Shown here piece after piece: positions 28,012 through 37,374 of a stretch of DNA of 64,000 nucleotides (its first letter is position 1; each line of letters opens with the position of its first letter). The stretch is from Verrucomicrobiia bacterium (GTDB lineage: Bacteria; Verrucomicrobiota; Verrucomicrobiia; Palsa-1439): contig DATLVI010000027.1 in assembly GCA_035577545.1 (NCBI GenBank), positions 5,220-69,219 of the forward strand, given 5' to 3'. Both the position numbers and the translations under genes were made by a program. Under the pieces are notes generated by a model that did not search any database, was not told the origin of the DNA, and worked only from the letters and a program-made list of their open reading frames with translations.

Positions 28012-29298
28012 ATGAAATCCAGACTCAATAACATGTTCACAACGTCACAGTTCATTCCCGCGGGTGTCCGATCCCTCGTAGTTCCCTTGGCTTTAAGCTT
28101 ATGTGCCCTCCTGCTCCTGGCCCCTCAAACCTCAGCGGCCACCTTTTCGTTCTCCACTGGTAATCCCGATGGTCTAATGGCCACCGCGACGCGACCCGGA
28201 CCCACGAACGGCCTGGACCAGGAAACGGAATCCGCCGATGATTTCATCCTGACAAATGAAGTCCAGATCACTTCCGCTTCGTTCACGGGACTCGTGCCAC
28301 TCGGGGTGGACGTCAGTAATGATGTTTCCAAGGTGGTCGTCGAGATCTATCGCGTGTTCCCGCAAGATTCGGATATCAATCGAACAAGCAATGTCCCCAC
28401 GCGGGCCAACTCTCCCTCCGACGTCGCCTTCGCAAGCAAGGATTCAACGTCGGCCGAATTGACCTTCACCGTGACGTTGCTCAATCCCAGCTTCGTCGCT
28501 TCCAACAGCGTCGATATTGGCATCTTCCCGCTCACGAACCAGACAACCATGGGGGAAGGCCCGGTCACCGGCCAAGAAATCCGGGTCGATGTCACGCTCA
28601 CGTCGCCCTTTGACCTGCCCACCAACCATTATTTCTTCGTGCCGCAGGTCTTGCTGACCAATGCCGCCGATCATTTCCTGTGGCTTTCTGCCCCCAAACC
28701 GATCGTCTCGCCGGGAACCCCGTTCGTGGGCGATCTTCAGGAGTGGATCAGGAATGCCCAACTGGATCCCGACTGGCTCCGCGTAGCCACCGATATAGTG
28801 GGCGCGCCCCCGGCGTTTAACGCCACGTTTGCGCTCACCGGCGACATCCCGGTTCACGACCTCGCCGTCATCAGCGTCCATCCGATCAAGAACATCAATC
28901 TCAAGGCCGGCAAGCCGGCCCTGACCAAGCGAGTCAAGGTCCAGATCCAGAATCTCAGCCCGCACAGCGAGACGTTCACGAACTTGGCGCAGTTGGCCGA
29001 CCTTGTCAGCGTCACGTTGTCCAACATCCCGAACAGCGGTTGCACGCCGCCGACGGCGGATTTGATCCAGGGTTCTCCCAACAAACCCAAGACGATCAAG
29101 CCGAACGGCAAACTCAACGTCTTCTTCAACGTCACCTACGACCCGGCGGGCTGCGTGCCGGCTCCCGCCAAGGGGGCCGAGGATTTCGCTTACACGGCGC
29201 ACGTCAATCACGGCGCAATCGACGGCAACCCGGACACCAATCCGTCGAACGACACTCTCACTTCCGATGTGGAGACCGATGTGGTCCTGAAAGAATGA
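28012..29298 (+). CDS. hypothetical secreted protein (C-terminal CARDB-like beta-sandwich)
   Basis: Signal peptide ...LLLLAPQTSAA. Beta-rich sequence with no catalytic motif recognised. Confidence 0.6.
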   Translation: MKSRLNNMFTTSQFIPAGVRSLVVPLALSLCALLLLAPQTSAATFSFSTGNPDGLMATATRPGPTNGLDQETESADDFILTNEVQITSASFTGLVPLGVDVSNDVSKVVVEIYRVFPQDSDINRTSNVPTRANSPSDVAFASKDSTSAELTFTVTLLNPSFVASNSVDIGIFPLTNQTTMGEGPVTGQEIRVDVTLTSPFDLPTNHYFFVPQVLLTNAADHFLWLSAPKPIVSPGTPFVGDLQEWIRNAQLDPDWLRVATDIVGAPPAFNATFALTGDIPVHDLAVISVHPIKNINLKAGKPALTKRVKVQIQNLSPHSETFTNLAQLADLVSVTLSNIPNSGCTPPTADLIQGSPNKPKTIKPNGKLNVFFNVTYDPAGCVPAPAKGAEDFAYTAHVNHGAIDGNPDTNPSNDTLTSDVETDVVLKE

Positions 29299-29326
29299 CC
29301 GATTGCGGTTTGCCGCGTAAGTACCA

Positions 29327-30727
29327 TCAACCCGATTGCGGAGCGTGCTTGATCGGAAGGCGCACTTTGAAACGGGTGTCTCCGGGCACGGATTCGAATT
29401 CGATTTCACCGCCGTGCCGGTTGGCCACGATGCGACTGCTGATTACCAGGCCCAGACCCGTGCCTGACCCGACGCCCTTGGTGGTATAGAACGGCTCGAA
29501 GATGTGCGACTGCACTTCGGGCGGAATGCCACTGCCATTGTCAGCAATCTCCACCACCACCTGGTCAACATCCAAGAACGTGGCGACACAGATTTTCCCC
29601 GTTCCTTTGACCGCGTCAACGGCGTTGTCGAGGAGATTGGTCCACACCTGGTTCAACTCGCCGCCGTGCGCCATGATGCGTGGAATCGCGCGATCGAACT
29701 TGCGGGTGACGGTGATGTTCTTGAGTTTGTGGCCGAGCATCGTCAACGTGTTCTCGATGCCCTCGTGCACGTCAATCTCCTGCATGGGCGATTGGTCCAT
29801 GTAGGAATAGGATTTCACAGCCTTGACCAACTCGGCGATGCGCGCCGTGCTCCCGTCGATTTCGTTCAGCAACGAATTCAGCGACAGGCTCGCTTCCAAC
29901 CAACCGAAGGCGTACGGCAAGGCTTCGGCGGGAAGCTTCTCAGCGAGGGCCGCCAGTTCTTTCGCGTCCAGACCGGCGCCCACAAATGCGGGTGAAAACT
30001 TCCACCCATCGGCCACGCCATGTTGCTCCAGCCAGGTGGCAACTTCTTCTTCTCGGTCGCTGCGGGTCACCGAATCCAGCGGTGTGGATTTCGCCAGTCG
30101 GGCGATGGCGTCCTGCGAAGCATCGACGAGCGGCTGCCAATGTTCGGGCTTCAAGGATTCATGCAGTTCGCACGCGAACGACTGCAGATTGTCCACAACC
30201 TCCCGCAGATTCGCTGACGACCGGCGCGCCGCTGTCGCCGGGTTGTTCAGCTCGTGGGCAAGACCCGCGGCCATCGTGCCGAGGGACGCCAGCTTCTCGC
30301 GTTGCATGGAATAACCTTCCACGTTCTTCACCCGCGTCGCCATCGTGCGGAAGATCTGGCTCGCGACCGACGGGCACACGCTCAACATCCGCCAGAAATC
30401 GTTCTTGCCCAGCCGAAACAACCGGCTGGGCTTCAGGGTACGCACGGTCGCGAGATTGGGACTGTCCAGCAGCAGCGATATTTCGCCAAGGAACATTCCG
30501 GGCTTGGTCACGCCCATCAGGATCGCCTGGTTGTCATAGTTCCGGCTGACCCGCAATTCGCCTTCCAACAGCACGTAGAAAGAATTGAGCGGCTCGCCCT
30601 CGGTCGCCAACACCTTGCCGACTTCGAATTCGATAATCTCCCCCGGTTCGAAGCAGCTTGTTTGTTCCGCCGATAGGTCGGAGAAGAGCGGGATCGCCTG
30701 CAATTCTTTAAGGGTCAATGGGTCCAT
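29327..30727 (-). CDS. cyclic-nucleotide-binding domain sensor histidine kinase
   Basis: N-terminal CAP_ED-like domain (FGEISLL...RTATV-type region: MFLGEISLLLDSPNLATVRT). H-box LGTMAAGLAHELNNP and a C-terminal HATPase_c (DNGSGIP...GTGLGL). Confidence 0.8.
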   Translation of the reverse strand: MDPLTLKELQAIPLFSDLSAEQTSCFEPGEIIEFEVGKVLATEGEPLNSFYVLLEGELRVSRNYDNQAILMGVTKPGMFLGEISLLLDSPNLATVRTLKPSRLFRLGKNDFWRMLSVCPSVASQIFRTMATRVKNVEGYSMQREKLASLGTMAAGLAHELNNPATAARRSSANLREVVDNLQSFACELHESLKPEHWQPLVDASQDAIARLAKSTPLDSVTRSDREEEVATWLEQHGVADGWKFSPAFVGAGLDAKELAALAEKLPAEALPYAFGWLEASLSLNSLLNEIDGSTARIAELVKAVKSYSYMDQSPMQEIDVHEGIENTLTMLGHKLKNITVTRKFDRAIPRIMAHGGELNQVWTNLLDNAVDAVKGTGKICVATFLDVDQVVVEIADNGSGIPPEVQSHIFEPFYTTKGVGSGTGLGLVISSRIVANRHGGEIEFESVPGDTRFKVRLPIKHAPQSG

Positions 30728-30729
30728 AA

Positions 30730-32391
30730 TTACACCGTGCTGAGATACTGGTGGATGAGCTTGACGGCCATGGCGCCTTCGCCCACACCGGAGGTGACGC
30801 CCTTGGTGGAAGCATGGCGCACGTCACCGGCCACGAAAATCCCCGGCACACTGGTTTCAAGGATAAACGGATCGCGGTCCGGCACCCAGCCGCTCGGCCG
30901 CTTTCGTTCCTTCAAGAAATGCCCCCCCGAATAGATATACCCCTGCGCGTCCCGCTCGACCATACCGCCCAACCAATCGGTGTACGGAACCGCGCCCACA
31001 TAGAACAAAAGAGCGCTCGCGGGGACGGTTTCCTGCGCGCACGTCTTGTTATTCATGAGTGTAATCGTTTCACAGCGCCCCGTGCCCTTAACCTCCATGA
31101 CGCTCGTGTTCAGTTTCACGACGATGTTCTTCGTCGCGCCAATCTGGTCTTCCAGGTACTGCGACATGTTCGCCGAGAGAGAATCGCCGCGCACCAACAT
31201 TGTGACGCTTCGCGCATATTTCGAAAAATACATCGCCGCCTGCCCCGCCGAATTCGCCCCGCCGACAATGTACACATCCTCATTCTTGTAGGACAACGCC
31301 TCGGTCATCGGCGCGTAGTAGTAAACCCCCGCACCATTCAACTCCTCCACGCCCGGCACGTCCACTTTGCGAAAGGCAATGCCCGTCGCAATCAACAGCG
31401 CGCGACAGCCGATCTCCGTGCCGTTGCCCAGCGTGACAAACCGTGACGGCCCATCCACCCGGACTCCGGTCACTTCTTGCGGCGAGAGAATCTCCACGCC
31501 GAACCGCCGGGCCTGGCTGACCGCGCGTCGGGCCAGGTCGAACCCACTGAGCCCGGTCGGGAAACCGAGGTAGTTTTCGATTCGGGAACTCCGTCCCGCC
31601 TGTCCACCGGGCGCTTCCCGTTCAATAAGTATCGTTCTCAATCCGTCCGCGGCTCCATACACCGCTGCCGCCAGGCCGGCCGGGCCGCCTCCGACAATGA
31701 CCAAATCATAAAATGGCAACTCCGCTTTGGTCTTCAACCCCAGCTTCTCGGCAACCACCGCCGACGTCGGGTCAGAGAGATGTGTGCCGTCTGAAAAGAC
31801 AACCAGTGGCAGTTGTTTGCCATCGGCGCCACTACTCTCCATCAATTGCCGGGCCGTCTCGTCCGTCTCCGCGTCCAACAACTGATACGGGATCGAGTTC
31901 CTCGCGAGAAAATCCCGGATCTGGTTGAAATGGGGCGACCAGCGGTGGCCGACTATACGAATTCCTTCAAACGGCGGACGGAATCCTGCCTGCCAATCGT
32001 CCAGCAGATCGTCCACAACCCCGTAAAGCCGCTCCTCAGGCGGATCCCACGGCTTCATCAGGTAATGATCGATCTTCACCGAGTTGATGGCGCGAATCGC
32101 CGCGTCGGTGTCCGCGTAAGCGGTGAGCAGAGCGCGCTTGGCTTCGGGATAAAATTCCAGCGCCGCCTCCAGGAACTCCACACCCGACATGCGCGGCATC
32201 CGCTGGTCAACCAGGAACAGGGCGACCGGATCGTTGCGCAACTTCAACTGCTTCACCGACTCCAGCGCCCCCGCGCCGGAGTCAGCGGCCATGACGCGGT
32301 ACCGATTTCCATACTGCCGCCGCAAATCCCGCTCCACGGCCCGCAGCACGTCCGGGTCGTCATCGACTGTCCATATCACTGGCTTCGCCAT
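30730..32391 (-). CDS. fused response-regulator receiver / glutaredoxin-like / thioredoxin-reductase-like flavoprotein (no CxxC)
   Basis: REC domain (VDDDPDVL...LVDQRMPRMSG...K). Middle domain has WSPH where glutaredoxins carry CPYC. The TrxR-like part keeps GGGPAG and GGANSAG dinucleotide motifs but reads YYAPMTEA where TrxR has CATC. Confidence 0.8.
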   Translation of the reverse strand: MAKPVIWTVDDDPDVLRAVERDLRRQYGNRYRVMAADSGAGALESVKQLKLRNDPVALFLVDQRMPRMSGVEFLEAALEFYPEAKRALLTAYADTDAAIRAINSVKIDHYLMKPWDPPEERLYGVVDDLLDDWQAGFRPPFEGIRIVGHRWSPHFNQIRDFLARNSIPYQLLDAETDETARQLMESSGADGKQLPLVVFSDGTHLSDPTSAVVAEKLGLKTKAELPFYDLVIVGGGPAGLAAAVYGAADGLRTILIEREAPGGQAGRSSRIENYLGFPTGLSGFDLARRAVSQARRFGVEILSPQEVTGVRVDGPSRFVTLGNGTEIGCRALLIATGIAFRKVDVPGVEELNGAGVYYYAPMTEALSYKNEDVYIVGGANSAGQAAMYFSKYARSVTMLVRGDSLSANMSQYLEDQIGATKNIVVKLNTSVMEVKGTGRCETITLMNNKTCAQETVPASALLFYVGAVPYTDWLGGMVERDAQGYIYSGGHFLKERKRPSGWVPDRDPFILETSVPGIFVAGDVRHASTKGVTSGVGEGAMAVKLIHQYLSTV

Positions 32392-32393
32392 AA

Positions 32394-32966
32394 TCAGGAA
32401 CGCCGCTTCCCTTTCGATGCCTTGCCGAGCAGGATCGCTTCTTCGATACTTGCCTTCAATGTTTCGAAATCGTCGTCGCCATCATTGCGCACGCTGTTGA
32501 TGAAGATCGTCGGCGTGCCGCCCACCCCGCTGTCAGTCCCGCTCTGAATATCCTGCTGCACCCGGCTGGCATAAACGCGCTCGGCAACCTCGCGGTCGAA
32601 TTTCACCTTGTCCAGGCCGAGCGCGACGGCAGCCCGCACCAGATTCTCGGCGTCGAGCGCCCCCGGATGCTCGAACAAATAATCGTGCATCTCCCAGAAT
32701 TTACCCTGGGCGCCCGCGGCTTCGGCGGCCTCCGCCGCGCGCTGGGCGTAGGCGTGGATCCTGGCCTGTGGAAAATTGCGGAAGACAAATCGTAACCGAT
32801 CGCCAAAATGCTTTTGAAGCTGCTTGATGATCGGGTGGACATTGCCGCAGAATGGGCACTGGTAGTCAGCATACTCCACCAGCGTCACGGCGGCAGACGA
32901 TGGACCTTGAATATGATCGCGCTTCCCGACGGGAACAGTGAGCGTTGCGTTCGCTGAAATATTCAT
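32394..32966 (-). CDS. DsbA/thioredoxin-fold protein (CPFC), apparently cytoplasmic
   Basis: YADYQCPFCG active-site motif. No signal peptide or TM segment. Lies 2 nt upstream of the REC-TrxR-like gene. Confidence 0.75.
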   Translation of the reverse strand: MNISANATLTVPVGKRDHIQGPSSAAVTLVEYADYQCPFCGNVHPIIKQLQKHFGDRLRFVFRNFPQARIHAYAQRAAEAAEAAGAQGKFWEMHDYLFEHPGALDAENLVRAAVALGLDKVKFDREVAERVYASRVQQDIQSGTDSGVGGTPTIFINSVRNDGDDDFETLKASIEEAILLGKASKGKRRS

Positions 32967-33144
32967 GGTCCGGGTGTCCTCTCGTTAACGCCTGGCTCTA
33001 TCATTACCTTGGAGTGCGATGCGCGCAATTCAGAATTTGTTTCGCCGTCCTCCGTCCCGCGGCGTAGCGGTCCACCGGCAACTCAACCTGATTGCAACCG
33101 CAACCTATCTCGAATGATCAGTTGACCCCGGCTATCCGGGCCCC

Positions 33145-33510
33145 CTACTTCGCGTCTCTGTCCATCTGCCAGAGGCCGAACGCGTTGTTCTCCGTGTCCT
33201 GACAGATCGCGAAGTACCCCATCTGCGGCACCGCTGTCTTGGGCATACAGATTTTGCCGCCGAGTTTCTGGACTTTCGCCGCGAACTCGTCCACCGACGG
33301 CACGCCAATGTAGTTGGTGATCCCCTGTTGCGGCTCCTTGCGCTTCATGATTCCACCATCGGGCGTGTCATCGCTGCCGCCCGTGTCCAGATGCCAGTAC
33401 TCCATGTCTCCCGGCATCTTCTCGATTTTCCAGCCGAACAACGACCCGTAAAACTTCTTCGCGCGCTCGACATTGTCCGCTCCGATTTCAAACCATACAA
33501 TGTTCGCCAT
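33145..33510 (-). CDS. VOC/glyoxalase-family protein
   Basis: MANIVWFEIGADNVERAKKFYGSLFGWK... is typical of the glyoxalase/bleomycin-resistance fold. ATG 33510 is preceded by GGAGG. Confidence 0.75.
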   Translation of the reverse strand: MANIVWFEIGADNVERAKKFYGSLFGWKIEKMPGDMEYWHLDTGGSDDTPDGGIMKRKEPQQGITNYIGVPSVDEFAAKVQKLGGKICMPKTAVPQMGYFAICQDTENNAFGLWQMDRDAK

Positions 33511-33717
33511 GATACCGCCTCCCCTTCCGTGATCCGTTCTAGTTCCTGTTCCGTTCCCCCTATACGACGGATGACCGGAAACGCCTGCGACAATATGCAC
33601 TGACTTCTCGCCCGCGCAAGTCAGGAGGCGCGGCCCACAAAAACATCAAGACACCGGTCAGAGATGGGTAATACGTCGGCGAGAAAGGGGAAGCGGTGCG
33701 TAGCGGCGGTGGACGGA

Positions 33718-34323
33718 TTAGGGCGCCCGGTGTCGTACGTCATGGCCCATGCGGTCGAGAGAAGCTTCCATTTCCGGCTTGGCGATCCTCTCGTAGCACT
33801 CAGGGCAAACTCCGTGACTGAAATCGGTACCGGTTTCTTGATGAATATACGTCTCAAACTTCTCCCAGTAATCATCATCGCTGCGGATCTTTTTGCAATG
33901 AACGCAAATTGGCAGCAGCGTTTTCAATTCTCGCACTTGCGTCGCAAACTGGATAACCCGTTTCGCCACACGCAAGCGAATCATCAATTCTTCGCGGTCG
34001 ACGGGTTTGGTCAGGAAGTCGTCCACCCCGGATGCCATGGCCTCGCGATAATCCTCGTTCTCTCGTCGGACGGTGAGCATGATGAAGTAGGTGTAGTTGC
34101 CGTCGTCGCGTCCACGAATACGGTGGCACAATTCCAATCCGTCCATTTGCGGCATCATCCAATCACTCACGATAATTTGAAACGGTTTGGATTGAAAAAT
34201 CGACCACGCCTCGGCTCCATCACACGCCTCCGAGACGGTATACAAGAGCCGGGACAGATCCCGGCTCAAGATTCGCCGCGATACCGGATCGTCTTCAACG
34301 ACAAGTACGTCGGTAAATGCCAT
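33718..34323 (-). CDS. response regulator: receiver domain + C-terminal Cys-rich module (PICxxCKKIR...SHGxCPxC)
   Basis: REC domain (VLVVEDDPV...VSDWMMPQMDG). C-terminus is LLPICVHCKKIRSDDDYWEKFETYIHQETGTDFSHGVCPECYERI. Confidence 0.75.
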   Translation of the reverse strand: MAFTDVLVVEDDPVSRRILSRDLSRLLYTVSEACDGAEAWSIFQSKPFQIIVSDWMMPQMDGLELCHRIRGRDDGNYTYFIMLTVRRENEDYREAMASGVDDFLTKPVDREELMIRLRVAKRVIQFATQVRELKTLLPICVHCKKIRSDDDYWEKFETYIHQETGTDFSHGVCPECYERIAKPEMEASLDRMGHDVRHRAP

Positions 34324-34591
34324 CTTGAATTGAAGGATAAAGCATTTTGTGTGCGCAAATGTCGCGCCGGTATGTGTTATTGCCGCCTCTTGCACCGACA
34401 GGATAGTCAGAACGGAACCAGAATCTTTCGCGAGTCGTGAATCGTTTCCCACTGACCATGATCACAAGTGCGGGGGAGGAATAAAGCTGACTGATAGGCC
34501 TGGTAGGATTTCGTACTAGGCAAGACTAGGAATCTCATCGAATTGTGCAGGAGCCAGCGATGGACTAGGTTGAGTTCGAAAGGGGTGCAAT

Positions 34592-34969
34592 ATGAATCGA
34601 CGACTCGGCCCATGTCTGGTCGGCATTGCCGTGGGTATTGCAGGGCTCGGTACTGGTTGCGGAAAACATGAAACCCCGCCGCCACCTCCTCCACAGGCAG
34701 CCCAGGCCCCTGGCCAACCTCCTGCTCAGTATCCGCCCCCCAGCCCGGTTCCGGCCCCTTATGCCTACTACTACTACCCTGATGTGGAGGTCTATTACTA
34801 TCCTGTGTCCGATGTCTACTGGTGGTTCGATGGCGTCGTCTGGGTTTCCGGCCCGCAGCCGCCACCGAGGTTTGTTCTACGGGACAGTATGCGTGTGACA
34901 GTGAACCTGAACTCTCCGGAGCCATGGAGGCAGCATACGTTCGTGGTCCGGGAGCATCCGCGAAGGTAG
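34592..34969 (+). CDS. small Pro/Tyr-rich lipoprotein, hypothetical
   Basis: Lipobox LGTGC, then a poly-Pro linker, then YAYYYYPDVEVYYYPVSDVYWWFDGVVW. RBS AAAGGGG. Confidence 0.5.
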   Translation: MNRRLGPCLVGIAVGIAGLGTGCGKHETPPPPPPQAAQAPGQPPAQYPPPSPVPAPYAYYYYPDVEVYYYPVSDVYWWFDGVVWVSGPQPPPRFVLRDSMRVTVNLNSPEPWRQHTFVVREHPRR

Positions 34970-35043
34970 GGGCCGGTTATCGAGAGGTATGGAAATCCGT
35001 TGTGGAACGACGCCGATCAACTGGCCGCGGCATCCCTTGATTA

Positions 35044-35787
35044 CTACTTGATACAAGATCTCGGGAATCTAATTCCGACGGACTTGTCGCAGCCAGTTTG
35101 TGAGAACACGGAATGACCGTCGGAAGCGCCGCGGGAACCGATGCCGGCGGAATCCGCGAGAAGAACGGATGTGGTATGGGCGATCCTCCTGCGGTGTTTG
35201 ATGACCACGGGATGGCTAACACACAATTCCCGCGCAATCTCACAAACGCCGAAGCCTTCCATCAGTAGGAACAGAATCTGCCGCTCCGTGTCTGTCAGTT
35301 GCGGGACCAGCAGGTCAACGATGTCCCGTGCGATCAGTTCGCTGAGCAGATCATTCGGATCACAAGCATCCGGACAGACATTGAGATCGCTGTTGCCGTC
35401 GTTGTCGCCGCGATCCATCAACACAAGGTTATTACCGCGCTTGATCGAATCAATGCTGCGACCGCGGTCGAGGTAACTGCGGGCACGAAAGTGACAACCC
35501 TGGAGATACCAACTAACTGTCTGCCCGGGCCGGTTCGCCTCAACCTGAACAAGGTGGATGCACATTTCCTGCATCAGGTCCTTCTGCAGATCGAGGTCAC
35601 CTGTCAATCTGGCCGCAATCCCGTGCAGTTGTTTGACGATTCGATGACCCAAAGGGGTTTCCGAATCCATCATCGAAGAAGTTTGAAACACTTCCGCAGC
35701 CGGCAAGGGCCGGGACGCCTCATAACCGCACTCATCCGGAAACCCGTTTGCTATTAGGCTCTTCACGGCCCCATCCTTATGGAACAA
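35044..35787 (-). CDS. sigma-70 family (ECF-like) RNA polymerase sigma factor
   Basis: Region-2-like DLQKDLMQEMCIHLVQ and region-4 HTH LTDTERQILFLLMEGFGVCEIARELCVSHPVVIKHRRRI. The start codon is uncertain. Confidence 0.55.
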   Translation of the reverse strand: MFHKDGAVKSLIANGFPDECGYEASRPLPAAEVFQTSSMMDSETPLGHRIVKQLHGIAARLTGDLDLQKDLMQEMCIHLVQVEANRPGQTVSWYLQGCHFRARSYLDRGRSIDSIKRGNNLVLMDRGDNDGNSDLNVCPDACDPNDLLSELIARDIVDLLVPQLTDTERQILFLLMEGFGVCEIARELCVSHPVVIKHRRRIAHTTSVLLADSAGIGSRGASDGHSVFSQTGCDKSVGIRFPRSCIK

Positions 35788-35849
35788 CTCTTGTTAGTTC
35801 GTTTCTGCATCCTGCGATCTCACCTGACACATGTTATTCTAAGAGACTC

Positions 35850-36263
35850 TCATTGCCTTCTCACGGTCACGTCAATGAGGCCAACATCCGGGTCGGCCAG
35901 CTTCGCGAATGCCGCGCGACTCAGGTCGATTCGGCGGCCCGCTTGCAACAGGCGTTTCGCCGGGCCACGATCCGTGATTTCCACAACCACACTTCGGTTT
36001 TCATATATAACCACCACCTTCGTGCCGAGATCAAAAAACCACGACGCAGCGGTGAGGTTGTCCGGATTGAACCGTTGGCCATTGGCCATCGGCAGGCCGC
36101 GACTCTCTTCCCCATACCACGAAGCCCGGTCAGCCGCGTGACAGTTCAAACAAAGGACGATAAAGAACGCAATAAGTCCCGACCTTGCCGTCGTGAATAG
36201 CCTGCGCGACGTGACACCGAACGTTCGAACTTGATCTTCTGCTGGGCAACTCACATTCATCAT
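35850..36263 (-). CDS. rlpA: RlpA-like double-psi beta-barrel (septal ring lytic transglycosylase family) protein
   Basis: ASWYGEESRGLPMANGQRFNPDNLTAAS...VVVEITDRGP is the RlpA/DPBB signature. AGGAGG RBS. Confidence 0.75.
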   Translation of the reverse strand: MMNVSCPAEDQVRTFGVTSRRLFTTARSGLIAFFIVLCLNCHAADRASWYGEESRGLPMANGQRFNPDNLTAASWFFDLGTKVVVIYENRSVVVEITDRGPAKRLLQAGRRIDLSRAAFAKLADPDVGLIDVTVRRQ

Positions 36264-36375
36264 GGCACCTCCTTGACGAAGCTGTTCTCCCTATCTGTCC
36301 AATCCGTTCCAAAGAACGTGGTGATAATAATCAGTTTGAAGTCGCAACGCCATCCGACCACACCCGAATGCAGCC

Positions 36376-36390
36376 TAGGTCAGAATCCTA
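36376..36390. promoter_or_regulatory. weak copy of TAGGAR-N3-YTCCTA palindrome (TAGGTCAGAATCCTA)
   Basis: Lies 113 nt upstream of the rlpA-like ATG, the same distance as sites at 45800 and 52956. Confidence 0.3.
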
Positions 36391-36408
36391 CCCGTACCCT
36401 TACCGCTA

Positions 36409-37374
36409 CTAGCCAAGATTTACGGGGCTGGGCTGGCCGGTGCGCTCCAGCCAGTCGAGCAGCCGGCGAATGCTTCCCGTCGCCAGAGCCACACACGTAT
36501 CAGCCGCACCGTAGTAGAGGTTTACGGTGTCGCCATCCGTCCCAATCGTAAAGCCACACGGGAAGACCACATTGCCGACGTCGCCCTCACGCTCGTAGGG
36601 TTCCTCGGGACCAAAGATCCACATGTCGCCCCGGCGGAGGCAGCGTTCGGGGGTTTCCCGGTCGAATAGTGCCAGCCCCAGCCGATACAAGGATCCGCTC
36701 GGCGTTTGACGCACGCCGTGATAGATCATGAGCCACCCCTTGGACGTCTCAATGGGGGGCGGCGAGAGGCCGATCTTGTTGGCGTCCCACCAGCCACCGC
36801 GCCGCGCTTGCAGGATCATTTTGTGGCTTCCCCAGTGGCGCAAATCGGGTGAGTACGAAATCCAGATATGCGCGCCGAACACGGTCATCGGCCTGTGAAT
36901 CATCGCCCAGTAGCCGCCGATCTTGTGCGGCATCAACGCGGCGTCCTTGTCTTCGGGAGGCATGACGACGCCCAAACGTTCGAAGGTCTTGAAATCCTCG
37001 GTTAACGCCAGCGAAACCCCCGGCCCGCCGCGGGAATAAGACGTATAGGTAACGGCATACTTCTTCAATTCAGGCACGAACGTAATCCGCGGGTCTTCAA
37101 CGCCCCAGATTTCCTCGGGATGCCGTTCCACGTCGGGGGCCAGTGTTGGTTGCGGGTCGATCTCCCAGGCGTCGATCCCGTTGCGCGAACGGGCCGCGCA
37201 GAGGTGTGAGTGACCACGACGATCCTCGACACGGCATAACAATAATGTTGTGCCATCCGCGAGGCGCGTCGCACCGGCATTGAAAACAGTGTTGATGGGA
37301 TACGGCCAGTCCGCCGCCGTCAACAACGGGTTCCCGCGATGACGCTCAAACAGGGGTTCGTGCAATTGCCTCAT
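36409..37374 (-). CDS. glycoside hydrolase family 130 (beta-mannoside phosphorylase/hydrolase-like)
   Basis: NAGATRLADGTTLLLCRVEDRRGHSHL... and a five-bladed propeller pattern typical of GH130 (DUF377). ATG 37374 is preceded by GGAGGT plus 7 nt. The gene overlaps the upstream gene by 29 nt. Confidence 0.75.
   Translation of the reverse strand: MRQLHEPLFERHRGNPLLTAADWPYPINTVFNAGATRLADGTTLLLCRVEDRRGHSHLCAARSRNGIDAWEIDPQPTLAPDVERHPEEIWGVEDPRITFVPELKKYAVTYTSYSRGGPGVSLALTEDFKTFERLGVVMPPEDKDAALMPHKIGGYWAMIHRPMTVFGAHIWISYSPDLRHWGSHKMILQARRGGWWDANKIGLSPPPIETSKGWLMIYHGVRQTPSGSLYRLGLALFDRETPERCLRRGDMWIFGPEEPYEREGDVGNVVFPCGFTIGTDGDTVNLYYGAADTCVALATGSIRRLLDWLERTGQPSPVNLG

Noticed and set aside
28444-29409. 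321-aa minus-strand ORF
   Set aside because: It is a shadow of the 28012-29298 secreted-protein gene and runs into the kinase gene end. The sequence is Arg/Asp-rich and non-protein-like.
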